Source of the DNA: Candidatus Kuenenia stuttgartensis
Lineage (GTDB): Bacteria; Planctomycetota; Brocadiia; Brocadiales; Brocadiaceae
Assembly (NCBI RefSeq): GCF_900232105.1
Contig: NZ_LT934425.1
Span: 780,001 to 812,000, forward strand
Reading direction: 5' to 3'
DNA length: 32,000 bases
Position numbers and translations under genes: made by a program
Shown: positions 8,269 through 16,839 of the stretch, in pieces
Position numbering within the stretch: the stretch's first letter is position 1
How the letters are laid out: each line of letters starts with the position of its first letter
The notes under the pieces: model-generated
Told to the model about the DNA's origin: nothing
The model's input: only the letters and a program-made list of their open reading frames with translations
Databases searched by the model: none

Positions 8269-9684
8269 ATGAAAAAGATTCATGCGGTTATTATTACAGG
8301 GATTGTAATCCTTATGTGTATTCAGGTGAAGGCATTTTCATCTGAAGTCTATTTTACTCCTGATGAAATTAAAGAGAAAATCCTTAGCGAGATAGACGCT
8401 TGCCGCGAATCTATTGATATTGCCACGAGAAACATCACTTCAGTCGATATAGTAAATGCACTTGCGAAGGCAAAGGAGAGAGGGGTAGAGATAAGGATTG
8501 TTATTGACAGAAAACGTTTTCTCTCGAAGGGGATACTATCACAATATTGCGGGGAAAACGGGTTTGCCGTGAAGATATTGATCCAGAAAGGTATTATGAA
8601 CAATAACTATGCCATCTTTGATTCCAAACTGCTTGCAACAGGGTCTTATCTTTGGCATGAAAAAACAAGCAGGTTTAATTGCGAAAATGTCATTTTTATG
8701 GACAAAACTCCTGTATTGGTAAAATATCAAAGAGAATTTGACAGGTTATTTCATAAGGGTAAAGCCTCTCCTCTTAAAAAACAGACGTATATTGCGGAAG
8801 AAGCAGAGAAAAAGAGACCTGTAAAAGCGGTATCTGAAAACAGTGAAAAAAAGGCAGTTGAAGGAAAGGTGATAGCTTCAGGGTATGGCATAACAATTAC
8901 AGAAAATGCGGATGGCTTTATTGATATGAATTTTGAGGAGTTTGATAAAATATTTGGGGTGATAAGCGATTTGTCGGATAATCAAAAGGAAAATTTGTGG
9001 CGGAAATGTGAGGGCAGAAAGGTTAAGTGGCGCGGAAGGGTCAAATATATTGGATGGACGATTATTAACGGATGGCTAATGAATACTACTCACGGACATA
9101 CGAGTGTGGAAACAGACCTGAACCCTGAGCATAAGAAAAACTTTGCCGATGTTAAATATGGCAGTCTGGTAACGTACACAGGAGAACTTGCTTCGCTGGT
9201 AACAAAGGTATATCCTTATAAACTGAAAAACGGCAATGTAATCCGAATTGAAGACGATACTTCCAAACCATTAACAAAAGAGGAACTAACCGCTGACCCT
9301 TATACGACAGTTTTGTGTCAGGGACCCGGAAAAGAATATATAATAGAAACGCTTGCAGATTTGGAAAGTATGTTTGGCGAAGAGAGCGGTTTTTCCGCAG
9401 ATCAAAAAAGGGACAAATGGGACAAATTTGAGGGCAAATACCTGAGCTGGATGGGGAAGATCATATACAAGCATCTGGCGGCAGAAAACGATTTGCGCAT
9501 AGGGTTTGAACAACAGGAGGGCGGCCTGTGCAAATTAGAACTCAAGGTGAAAAAATCAAGAATAGATAATGTATCGGGATTTAATGAGGGTGATACAGTA
9601 ATCTATCAGGGGATGCTAACCAAAAGGTGGGGATTAGATATCCCTTATATCATAGAAGATGGAGATATATTGACCTTCAAGTAA
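8269..9684 (+). CDS. Secreted PLD-fold (Nuc/NucT-like) protein with degenerate HKD motif, fused to two copies of an unassigned ~110-aa module
   Basis: Track ORF 8227..9684. I set the start to ATG 8269 (AAGGG SD 7 nt upstream, then signal peptide MKKIHAVIITGIVILMCIQVKA). The Nuc-like layout includes VDIVNALAKAKERGVEIRIVID and ATGSYLW...NCENVIF. The HKD position reads IMNNNYAIFD (8593..8622). Internal repeats are at 8923..9252 and 9340..9681. Confidence 0.8.
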   Translation: MKKIHAVIITGIVILMCIQVKAFSSEVYFTPDEIKEKILSEIDACRESIDIATRNITSVDIVNALAKAKERGVEIRIVIDRKRFLSKGILSQYCGENGFAVKILIQKGIMNNNYAIFDSKLLATGSYLWHEKTSRFNCENVIFMDKTPVLVKYQREFDRLFHKGKASPLKKQTYIAEEAEKKRPVKAVSENSEKKAVEGKVIASGYGITITENADGFIDMNFEEFDKIFGVISDLSDNQKENLWRKCEGRKVKWRGRVKYIGWTIINGWLMNTTHGHTSVETDLNPEHKKNFADVKYGSLVTYTGELASLVTKVYPYKLKNGNVIRIEDDTSKPLTKEELTADPYTTVLCQGPGKEYIIETLADLESMFGEESGFSADQKRDKWDKFEGKYLSWMGKIIYKHLAAENDLRIGFEQQEGGLCKLELKVKKSRIDNVSGFNEGDTVIYQGMLTKRWGLDIPYIIEDGDILTFK

Positions 9685-9828
9685 CATGGTATGCGGGCAG
9701 GAGCACCATAAGCACTAAGTTGTTTTTGATATTTTTCAGATGGAGTCCAATACGAAAGTCGGCAGTCGGCAATCGAATATTGAACAATTAAACTGGATTT
9801 ATTTAACAGGGTGAAATATTCGTTATTC

Positions 9829-9896
9829 ATTCGCGTCTATTAGCGTGTATTCGCGGTTAATAAAGTAACCGCGAATACACGCTAATAAACGCGAAT
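9829..9896. repeat. Long palindrome: 31-bp arms, 6-nt loop
   Basis: attcgcgtctattagcgtgtattcgcggtta (9829..9859), loop ataaag, taaccgcgaatacacgctaataaacgcgaat (9866..9896). There is one mismatch. No U-tract on either side. A tandem gtcggca-gtcggca lies at 9758..9771 just upstream. Confidence 0.7.
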
Positions 9897-9973
9897 ATGG
9901 AAATTTCATTACACGGTTAAATTAATCCGTGGTTTAGTTGCTTTCTGTTTTTTGCAATGAGGAGATGGTAGTT

Positions 9974-11806
9974 ATGGCAAAAAATGTATTCATAATAAAA
10001 AGTCTTCTTTTTTTCATGCTTGCCGTGCTAAACACAGTAGCGTTTGGGGAAGAAAATTATGAAGAGTGTATCAATAAGGGGAATATCCTTATACATAAAC
10101 AGAACTATCAGGATGCGCTTCACGAGTACGAACGCGCCATTTCCCTGAAACCCGATGCGCCGGAGGCATGGTATAACAAAGCAGCCGTACTTGATTATAT
10201 GGGTGATTTTGAAAGAGCCATAGAAGCCGCTGATATGGCAGTTCAATCGAAACCTGATTACTGGGAAGCGTGGTATATGAAAGGAAGGGCTTCAGACCAC
10301 ACAGGAAAATATTATGAGGCAATTAAGGCATTCGACAAGGCATTAGAAATAAAACCGGATGCTTTGATGGTTTTATATAACAAGGGAAACGTACATGACC
10401 ACATAGGCGATATCGAAGCATCGGTAAAGACGTATGACTCTATCCTGAAATTAAAACCTGATGAATATGAAGCATGGAATAATAAAGGATTGGCATTGGC
10501 GAGAATTCCGGAAAAAAGGGGCATAGCGCTGGAAGCTTATGATCAGGCAATAAGAATAAATCCGGTATATTATGAAGCCTGGATTAATAAGGGAAACTGT
10601 TTCGTTAGGTTGCGCAGGTATGGCGAAGCGATTGATGCATACGATACCGCAATAAAAATAAGGCCTAAGGAACATGCGGCATGGGCGAATAAAGGCTTTA
10701 CACTCGCTGACATGGGAAAACATGAAGAGGCCGTAGACGCTTTTAATAAAGCAATTGAGCTGAGCCCGGGTTCGTATGCAGCATGGAATGGCAAAGGACT
10801 CGCATTGGACTCACTGTCCAGATACGAGGATGCCCTGAAAGCATATGAGAAGACCATTGAGATACAACCGGATTCTTATGGGGCATGGACAAATATGGGG
10901 TTGACCTTGTCCCGTTTAAAAAGACATGATGAAGCCGTTGCTGCATATGAAAAGGCATTGATAATACAGCCTGATTCGTATGAAACAATGACGAATAAAG
11001 GCTGCGAATTGTTTCACCTCGGAAACTATGTTGAAGCAATAAAGGCATTTGACCGGGCAATAGAATTGCAGCCGGATTACGCGGAGGCTTGGAAAAACAA
11101 GGGAAATGCCCTGGCCAGGATGGGGTGGCTTGAAGAGGCGACAGAATCATTTGCAAAGGTAGGACAAATTATTACTGATGAAGAAGCTGTGAACGTTCCC
11201 CGTTTATCAAAAATCAAACTGGAAGCGTTACAAAACAACGGCATTGCACTTATCCGTCTCAACAAGTATGCTGACGCCGTAAACGTTTACAATAATGCGT
11301 TACGGATTAAAAATGATGATTTTGATGTATGGATGAATAAAGGGATTTCCCATTCATTTTTAAATGAATACGAAGAGGCGTTAACCGCCTTTGATAAAGC
11401 GGCGTTATTAGAAAGCAATGCATATGAAGCATTTAATTACAAAGGGTACGTATTGGAAGAAATGGGAAAATATCAGGAGGCGCTTGATGCTTATGACAAT
11501 GCGCTCCGGTTAAAACCAGACTTTCCTGAAGCAATGAACAATAAGGGACTTTTGCTGGATAACATTGGCAATCACGAAGATGCTGTAAAAATGTATAACA
11601 ACGCACTACGTATCAACCCCGATTTTGACGCAGTATTATTTAATAAGGCCTGCGCACTTTCATTGCTATCAAGAAAAGAAGAAGCCCTTGATTCATTAGA
11701 GAAAGCGGTGCAATTAAATCCCCTGCATAAGAATGCCGCCCGCAACAGCCCTGATTTTATAAAATATAAGGGAGATGCCGGCTTCGGGAAGATTGTAAGT
11801 GAATAG
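9974..11806 (+). CDS. Secreted tetratricopeptide-repeat (TPR) protein, ~17 units
   Basis: Track ORF 9938..11806 (TTG start). I set the start to ATG 9974, with GAGGAG (9959..9964) 9 nt upstream. Signal peptide MAKNVFIIKSLLFFMLAVLNTVAF. Then come consecutive 34-aa units of the form AW.NKG.AL..LG.Y.EA..AYD.AI...P. Confidence 0.88.
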   Translation: MAKNVFIIKSLLFFMLAVLNTVAFGEENYEECINKGNILIHKQNYQDALHEYERAISLKPDAPEAWYNKAAVLDYMGDFERAIEAADMAVQSKPDYWEAWYMKGRASDHTGKYYEAIKAFDKALEIKPDALMVLYNKGNVHDHIGDIEASVKTYDSILKLKPDEYEAWNNKGLALARIPEKRGIALEAYDQAIRINPVYYEAWINKGNCFVRLRRYGEAIDAYDTAIKIRPKEHAAWANKGFTLADMGKHEEAVDAFNKAIELSPGSYAAWNGKGLALDSLSRYEDALKAYEKTIEIQPDSYGAWTNMGLTLSRLKRHDEAVAAYEKALIIQPDSYETMTNKGCELFHLGNYVEAIKAFDRAIELQPDYAEAWKNKGNALARMGWLEEATESFAKVGQIITDEEAVNVPRLSKIKLEALQNNGIALIRLNKYADAVNVYNNALRIKNDDFDVWMNKGISHSFLNEYEEALTAFDKAALLESNAYEAFNYKGYVLEEMGKYQEALDAYDNALRLKPDFPEAMNNKGLLLDNIGNHEDAVKMYNNALRINPDFDAVLFNKACALSLLSRKEEALDSLEKAVQLNPLHKNAARNSPDFIKYKGDAGFGKIVSE

Positions 11807-11935
11807 TATGGTCAAATAATATAATAATGGTTTTTTGTAACCCTTCGGCTAAGCTCACTACGAAGCCTGAACCACACGTTTTATACTTTCAAACCAGCCT
11901 TCGATTAGCACTACAAATTCAAAATTCGCAACACT

Positions 11936-13384
11936 TTAGCTTCCGGATGGTTGAAAGGTTAATTTGAGTATTTTTTTTGTATTGCCAGTAACCTTAACGC
12001 TGTTATCCAGACATATTCCGACGATCCATACCGGTTTATTATTCATAGCAATTATAGGTATGAGGCTGCGTTTTCCCTGGGGTATTTTTTTATCGATAAA
12101 TAGTTTTTTCACTTTCTTACTGCCCCGAGTTCCCAATGGAGAAATGGTATCTCCGCTATTTCTCTTTCTTAAGAGAAGTGGTTCTTTAACGCTTTCGAAA
12201 TCCAGTATCTCTTCATATCTTGTTTTCGTTAATATAAATTTTTCGAGCGACACATCCTTACTCTCCGGAAGCTCTGCGGTTAAACTGCCAAGACCCACAA
12301 TTTGGGTTGTCCCGGGTATTTTCAAGGGAATCTCCGGTAATTCTGTAAATGTTTCCCGGGAAAACCCCTTTTCTAAAAAAAGCCTTCCCCGCTCATACCG
12401 TAAGGTAATTTTACCCGGTAATTGGAATTTCCTGGCATTCCCTTTTTGCGCCAGACCTTCGAGTATCATGGAATAATGTCCATAATGTATGGCTTTCAGA
12501 GGGATATGCATTACGTGCAACAATTTCTGCAGCAGCAGGAATTGCAGAATTTTTGGTTGTTTCAGGAGAAACCCGGCGTTAAGAACATATGCATTGTCTG
12601 GTTCTTTCACAATGGCGTTTTCAAATACTGATTCGCATGCTGCAAGGAGGTATTCATTGTTTATCGTAAGTATCTGCGATAATCGGGACAGGGCGTTTTT
12701 TATATTAGGATTGTATTTATGTTCCAATAAAGGAATGAGTTCATGACGTATCCTGTTCCTCGTGTATTCCTTTTCATAATTAGATGCGTCGACCCGGTAT
12801 TTCGTCTTATCTTTATTGAGATATTCGAGAATCTCTTTTTTCCATGCAAATAACAGAGGCCGAATGATCAACTGCGGCGTACCCGGAGATAACAGACGTT
12901 TAATGGGTATTCCTCCAAGACCGGGAGCGCCGGTTCCCCTGATTATTCTGTGGAGAATGGTTTCTGCATTGTCATCGGCATTGTGTCCGGTTGCTACATG
13001 AGAAACATTGTAGTTTTGCGATGCCTCGGAATAAAATGTATATCTCTCTTTGCGTGCCATTTCTTCCAGCGAAAGTTTGGTTTCTGAAGCGATCTTTCCG
13101 ATATTTACCCTTTTTGAAATAAATGGCAGTGAGAGTTTGTTTGCTAAATCCTGGACGAATTGTTCATCTTCTTCTGAAAAATCACCACGAAGCTGATGAT
13201 TAAGGTGCGCCACATATAATCGCAAACGCAGGTTTTTTGCAGCATTAAGAAAATGAAGGGTTTTCAGTAGAGCGACAGAATCAGGCCCGCCGGAAACACC
13301 GACAATGACTGAATCATCTGGTTGAATAAGCTGGTATTTACAGATAATTTTGAATATGTTTTCGACAAATGGATACAGTTTCAT
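11936..13384 (-). CDS. tilS: tRNA(Ile)-lysidine synthase
   Basis: 482 aa. N-terminal PP-loop SGGPDS. ATP-pyrophosphatase core with GHNADD. TilS-type C-terminal domain (GSKKVKKLFIDKKIP). Confidence 0.9.
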   Translation of the reverse strand: MKLYPFVENIFKIICKYQLIQPDDSVIVGVSGGPDSVALLKTLHFLNAAKNLRLRLYVAHLNHQLRGDFSEEDEQFVQDLANKLSLPFISKRVNIGKIASETKLSLEEMARKERYTFYSEASQNYNVSHVATGHNADDNAETILHRIIRGTGAPGLGGIPIKRLLSPGTPQLIIRPLLFAWKKEILEYLNKDKTKYRVDASNYEKEYTRNRIRHELIPLLEHKYNPNIKNALSRLSQILTINNEYLLAACESVFENAIVKEPDNAYVLNAGFLLKQPKILQFLLLQKLLHVMHIPLKAIHYGHYSMILEGLAQKGNARKFQLPGKITLRYERGRLFLEKGFSRETFTELPEIPLKIPGTTQIVGLGSLTAELPESKDVSLEKFILTKTRYEEILDFESVKEPLLLRKRNSGDTISPLGTRGSKKVKKLFIDKKIPQGKRSLIPIIAMNNKPVWIVGICLDNSVKVTGNTKKILKLTFQPSGS

Positions 13385-13495
13385 AATTAATGGGAAGAAG
13401 ACACTATTCTACTGTTTTTGGTTAAAATAGGATATAAGCATCATTTGATGAGAACTATATCCCTTCCTCCCTAATAAATCAAGCAGAGAAATGGA

Positions 13496-13523
13496 TTGAC
13501 TTTGCAGGTGAGGTGCGTAAAAT
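13496..13523 (+). promoter_or_regulatory. Sigma70-type promoter candidate for the DUF192 gene
   Basis: TTGACT (13496..13501), a 16-nt spacer, then TAAAAT (13518..13523). Confidence 0.4.
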
Positions 13524-13638
13524 ATTCATACATAGTGAAATTGTTGATTTTAGTAATTTTCTAATTAAACAAATGTATTACATCCATCTCCGTGTATTGA
13601 CGTTTTTTTGCTTCTTCATTACAGGTTTAGAAAAAGAT

Positions 13639-14139
13639 ATGCGTATGAACAGGACATTAAAATATTTTTTTCCTGCTGTACTTTCCCTTTGCATTATAGT
13701 ATACCATTGCATAAAAAATGATTGCTACGGGAACCATGAAAAGAAAACAGAGCAAATAACGGTATCCGGAACAGACATAGAGGTAGAGTTGGCGATTACC
13801 CCTGAAGAACACATGGCAGGGCTAATGTATCGTAATACCTTAGAAGATAATAAAGGCATGCTCTTTGTCTTTCCGGATGAAAAGAGGCTTTCATTCTGGA
13901 TGAAGAATACCTATGTGCCTCTTTCTGTTGCATTTATAGATGAGAATGGACGGATTACCCAGATAGAAACAATGAAACCCAGGAGCCTCGATCTTCATGA
14001 CTCACGCGAAAAGGTTCGCTACGCCCTGGAAATGAAATCTAATTGGTTTGAAATACATAATGTGCGGGAAGGAGATGTAGTGAAAATGCCACCGCGCATT
14101 ATCGCAAATGGAGAATCTCGTAATGGTAAGAATTGGTAA
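13639..14139 (+). CDS. DUF192 domain-containing protein (secreted/anchored)
   Basis: Track ORF 13513..14139 (GTG start). The DUF192 core is recognisable: GMLFVFPDEKRLSFWMKNTYVPLSVAFIDENGRI. I set the start to ATG 13639 (MRMNRTLKYFFPAVLSLCIIVY...). This gives the usual ~165-aa size with one N-terminal hydrophobic segment. The start is uncertain. Confidence 0.8.
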   Translation: MRMNRTLKYFFPAVLSLCIIVYHCIKNDCYGNHEKKTEQITVSGTDIEVELAITPEEHMAGLMYRNTLEDNKGMLFVFPDEKRLSFWMKNTYVPLSVAFIDENGRITQIETMKPRSLDLHDSREKVRYALEMKSNWFEIHNVREGDVVKMPPRIIANGESRNGKNW

Positions 14140-14333
14140 CACTTTAGTTCTTTGAAAAATTCCAATAATCCCGAAGGGATGAAATGATTATAGAAATTAT
14201 ACAAAAAACCCATAATTAACCCCGAAGGGGTGATATAATTTTATCTTTCATGAAACACCGAACATTCTATAATCATATTACCCCTTCGGGGTTATTCTTT
14301 TTTCCCGGAATTTTTCAAAAAGCTAAAGTGTTA
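14137..14333. repeat. MITE-like nested inverted-repeat element (~197 bp)
   Basis: The terminal inverted repeats are taacactttagttctttgaaaaattcc (14137..14163) and ggaatttttcaaaaagctaaagtgtta (14307..14333). They match at 25 of 27 positions. Inside are three CCC(C)-GAA/TTC-GGG(G) mini-hairpins (14168..14180, 14219..14231, 14280..14292). There is also an internal inverted repeat, ggggtgatataatt (14227..14240) with aatcatattacccc (14271..14284). The terminal block recurs at 22962..22985. The left end overlaps the DUF192 stop codon. Confidence 0.65.
14280..14303 (+). terminator. Short intrinsic-terminator-like hairpin inside the repeat element
   Basis: ACCCC-TTC-GGGGT (14280..14292) followed by TATTCTTTTTT (14293..14303). 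The stem is only 5 bp. Confidence 0.35.
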
Positions 14334-14405
14334 CAAGAATTGAAATTTTAAGCAACAATGTAGTTTTTGAAAAATCTCCATTTTAACTATTTTTACAGAA
14401 AATAT

Positions 14406-15050
14406 ATGCATATGACACAGCAAAGTATTATTAACGAAAAAGATGGCTCTGAAATGGTGTATGTGTCTGCCGGTAATTTTGTTATGGGAGAGGACAGGAA
14501 GGTTGTGTATGTCGATGCATTTTATATTGATAAGTTTCCCATAACGAATTCCCAATATAAGAAGTTTATTGATGAAGCTGGCGCGAAACACCCTTCTTTC
14601 TGGAATAATGAACGATTTAACAAACCACTGCAACCAGTGGTAGGGGTAAGCTGGAGTGATGCGGTTGCATATGCGAAATGGGCGGGAAAACGACTCCCTA
14701 AAGAAAAAGAGTGGGGCAAGGCTGCCCGGGGGATTGACGGAAGGGAATACCCGTGGGGAAACATGCAGCCTGACCATACGCTGGCCGTATTTAATCTCGA
14801 CCCTAATACTGGCGCCCCGGCGGCGGTAGGAGCCAGAAAGGAAGGCGCAAGTCCTTATGGGTGCTATGATATGTCGGGGAATGTTTGGGAATGGTGCGAG
14901 GATTGGTATGAAGAAGGAAAATACCGTGTAGTGAGAGGAGGCTCATGGTTGAATCATCATTATATTCTCAGGAGCGCTTATCGTAGTTGCAGTTATCCCG
15001 AAGGACGGGATAACAACGTAGGTTTTCGTTGCGTAAAAGACGCTGAATAA
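14406..15050 (+). CDS. Formylglycine-generating enzyme (SUMF1/FGE-sulfatase) family protein
   Basis: Track ORF 14367..15050 (TTG start). The first ATG is at 14406 (MHMTQQ...). Family blocks: MVYVSAGNFVMGED, VVGVSWSDAVAYAKWAGKRLPKEKEWGKAARG, YPWGN, GNVWEWCEDWY, RVVRGGSW, NNVGFRCVKD. No signal peptide is evident. Confidence 0.85.
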   Translation: MHMTQQSIINEKDGSEMVYVSAGNFVMGEDRKVVYVDAFYIDKFPITNSQYKKFIDEAGAKHPSFWNNERFNKPLQPVVGVSWSDAVAYAKWAGKRLPKEKEWGKAARGIDGREYPWGNMQPDHTLAVFNLDPNTGAPAAVGARKEGASPYGCYDMSGNVWEWCEDWYEEGKYRVVRGGSWLNHHYILRSAYRSCSYPEGRDNNVGFRCVKDAE

Positions 15051-15079
15051 AATACCAAGTATATATTGGGATGAGATAT

Positions 15080-15517
15080 TTAACTTTTTTTGATACCAAG
15101 CGCACTTAATGACATCCGGATATCATAGTTGCCTTTAAATTCGTACTCTTCATCAAAGACCTTTTTAAAGTTATAAATATTTTTAAAATCATCTTTCGAA
15201 TCCGTTTCTGTTTTCCCCATCAAACCGCTTTCAACAAGATTGAAGACGATATTCCCAAAATCAATATCCTCCTTTATACCCCATTGTTCAAATACAGTTA
15301 AGGCCATAAAACCAAATTGCTTCAAAGCATAACGTTTAATCCCCTCCAAAAGTTCTTTTCCCGTCACATGACGGCCTGAATCAGCGGCCTTATATTGAGT
15401 TTTGCCTAGCATGTTTGTGGTAAATTCCAGTGCCTCGAATACAAATTGATAAGCCATCGGGGAATAGCGCGGGTCTTTTTTTTCTATTTCCTTTATTTTG
15501 TTCCAGGGGTTTTTCAT
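15080..15517 (-). CDS. Hypothetical protein (145 aa, cytoplasmic, helical)
   Basis: Clean ORF with coding-like composition (MKNPWNKIKEIEKKDPRYSPMAYQFVFEALEFT...GRHVTGKELLEGIKRYALKQFG...DFGNIVFNLVESGLMGK). I have only a vague memory of a small PVC-restricted conserved family with this look, and I cannot verify it. SD is weak. Confidence 0.6.
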   Translation of the reverse strand: MKNPWNKIKEIEKKDPRYSPMAYQFVFEALEFTTNMLGKTQYKAADSGRHVTGKELLEGIKRYALKQFGFMALTVFEQWGIKEDIDFGNIVFNLVESGLMGKTETDSKDDFKNIYNFKKVFDEEYEFKGNYDIRMSLSALGIKKS

Positions 15518-15590
15518 TTTCGTTTCTCTAAGAAAAAGCTTACCGTATTTCCGGGGAAAAGTATTAATTATTGGTAATTTTTCAGCATTG

Positions 15591-15637
15591 TAAAACTAAG
15601 CGATTGCTTAGTTAAGAGCGAAGTGACACTTCGCTCT
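15591..15637 (-). terminator. Tandem-hairpin intrinsic terminator after hisC
   Basis: On the minus strand, the first hairpin is AGAGCGAAGTG-T-CACTTCGCTCT (15637..15615). The second is CTAAGC-AATC-GCTTAG (15611..15596), followed by TTTT (15595..15592). It lies ~80 nt downstream of the hisC stop. Confidence 0.55.
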
Positions 15638-15715
15638 GCATTTCAGCCACAGAGCCGCAAAGTTTTTTAGAAAACATCACCTCTGTAGCTACATAGTTAC
15701 AATTATTGTAACAAT

Positions 15716-16783
15716 TTAATGTATGTTTCCTGCTCCGGCAATTAGCAGGTCTTTTAGATTTTTTATTAAGAGGTCAATTTCTTCCTGCGTTCCTATCGTA
15801 ATGCGCAGGCAATCATCAAGCCGTCTTATGTTAAAGTATCTTACCAAAATCTTCCGTTTTTTTAATTCATTATATAAATTCTGTGCAGAAACCCCCTTCA
15901 TACATCTGGCTAAAACAAAATTGGCATGAGATGGATAAATGAAAAAACCCATTCCCTGCAATGCCTTTGTAAGGTACTCTCTTGTTTTTATGATTTTCTC
16001 GACATGCTCCATCATGGTCTTTTGATCTTCCATAGCTGCCACTGCGGCTACTATGCCTAACCGGTCAACATTATATGAATCTTTTACCTTCATCATCCCT
16101 TGTATAAGAGATTCTTGCGCTACGCAAAAACCAAACCGAATGCCTGCAAGTGAATACGATTTTGAGAGTGTACGCAAAAGGAGTACATTATCATGCCTTT
16201 CTACCAATGGCAAGCAGTTCTCGTCGGAGAAATCCGCATATGCTTCATCAATAACAAGCACTCCATCAATTTCAGACGCCAGTCTTGATATTTCCCGGGG
16301 AGAAATCATTGTGCCCGAAGGCGAATTGGGATTTGCGATAAAAGAAACTTTTGCCCCTTTTACGATGAAATCTTCAGGGAGGATATAATCTTCCGTAAAA
16401 TCAATCATACATGCAGCGCCGTTTTGTAATTCAGAAAGGGTTTTATAGAGCATATAGGAAGGGTAGGGAAAAACTATTTTATCACCAGGCCCTGCAAAAC
16501 TGCGAACTATTATAGAAAGAAGATCGTCCGACCCATTCCCGGCCATGACACGTTCCGGTTTTGTTTTAAGTACTTCCGCAATTTTTAATCGTGCCGCCAT
16601 TGCGACCGGGTCAGGATACAAACGAAGCGTTTCGTTTAATGAATTACGTATTGCTTCCAAAACATGCTGTGACGGCGGATAGGGATTTTCATTTGTATTT
16701 AGCTTTGTGTAAACACCATCCCTTGGTTGTTCACCCGGTATATAACCGGTCATTTTTTCAATATGTTCTTTAAAATAACTCAA
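15716..16783 (-). CDS. hisC: Histidinol-phosphate aminotransferase
   Basis: The track ORF extends to 16825 (TTG, no SD). I prefer TTG 16783, with GGAG (16794..16791) 7 nt upstream. This gives (M)SYFKEHIEKMTGYIPGEQP, the usual short HisC N-terminus. Other blocks: NENPYPPS and the PLP-Lys context LRTLSKSYSLAGIRFG. Confidence 0.88.
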   Translation of the reverse strand: MSYFKEHIEKMTGYIPGEQPRDGVYTKLNTNENPYPPSQHVLEAIRNSLNETLRLYPDPVAMAARLKIAEVLKTKPERVMAGNGSDDLLSIIVRSFAGPGDKIVFPYPSYMLYKTLSELQNGAACMIDFTEDYILPEDFIVKGAKVSFIANPNSPSGTMISPREISRLASEIDGVLVIDEAYADFSDENCLPLVERHDNVLLLRTLSKSYSLAGIRFGFCVAQESLIQGMMKVKDSYNVDRLGIVAAVAAMEDQKTMMEHVEKIIKTREYLTKALQGMGFFIYPSHANFVLARCMKGVSAQNLYNELKKRKILVRYFNIRRLDDCLRITIGTQEEIDLLIKNLKDLLIAGAGNIH

Positions 16784-16839
16784 GAGAATGCTCCAATGAA
16801 TAAAACAGTAGTGATAGTGAGCCAAGAACTACGTTACTT

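Noticed and set aside
10028-11265. Chain of minus-strand ORFs (up to 137 aa) inside the TPR gene
   Set aside because: They are antisense to a perfectly periodic TPR coding frame. Such shadows are typical of repeat genes.
11964-13001. Plus-strand ORFs (170 aa, 69 aa, 85 aa, 61 aa) inside tilS
   Set aside because: They are antisense to tilS, which has PP-loop and C-terminal domain motifs. The peptides are Ser/Leu/Phe-rich nonsense.
14019-14213. 64-aa minus-strand ORF spanning the DUF192 3' end and the repeat element
   Set aside because: Half of it is a translation of the MITE-like terminal repeat and mini-hairpin (…NHFIPSGLLEFFKELKCYQ…). It overlaps a supported gene.
14331-14777. 148-aa and 80-aa minus-strand ORFs opposite the FGE-family gene
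   Set aside because: The plus-strand frame carries the full set of FGE-sulfatase blocks. The minus-strand peptides have none.
16783-16825. Upstream TTG (16825) as the hisC start
   Set aside because: It has no SD and adds 14 atypical residues (AHYHYCFIHWSILL). TTG 16783 has GGAG at 7-nt spacing and gives a normal HisC N-terminus. I keep it as an alternative, not excluded.
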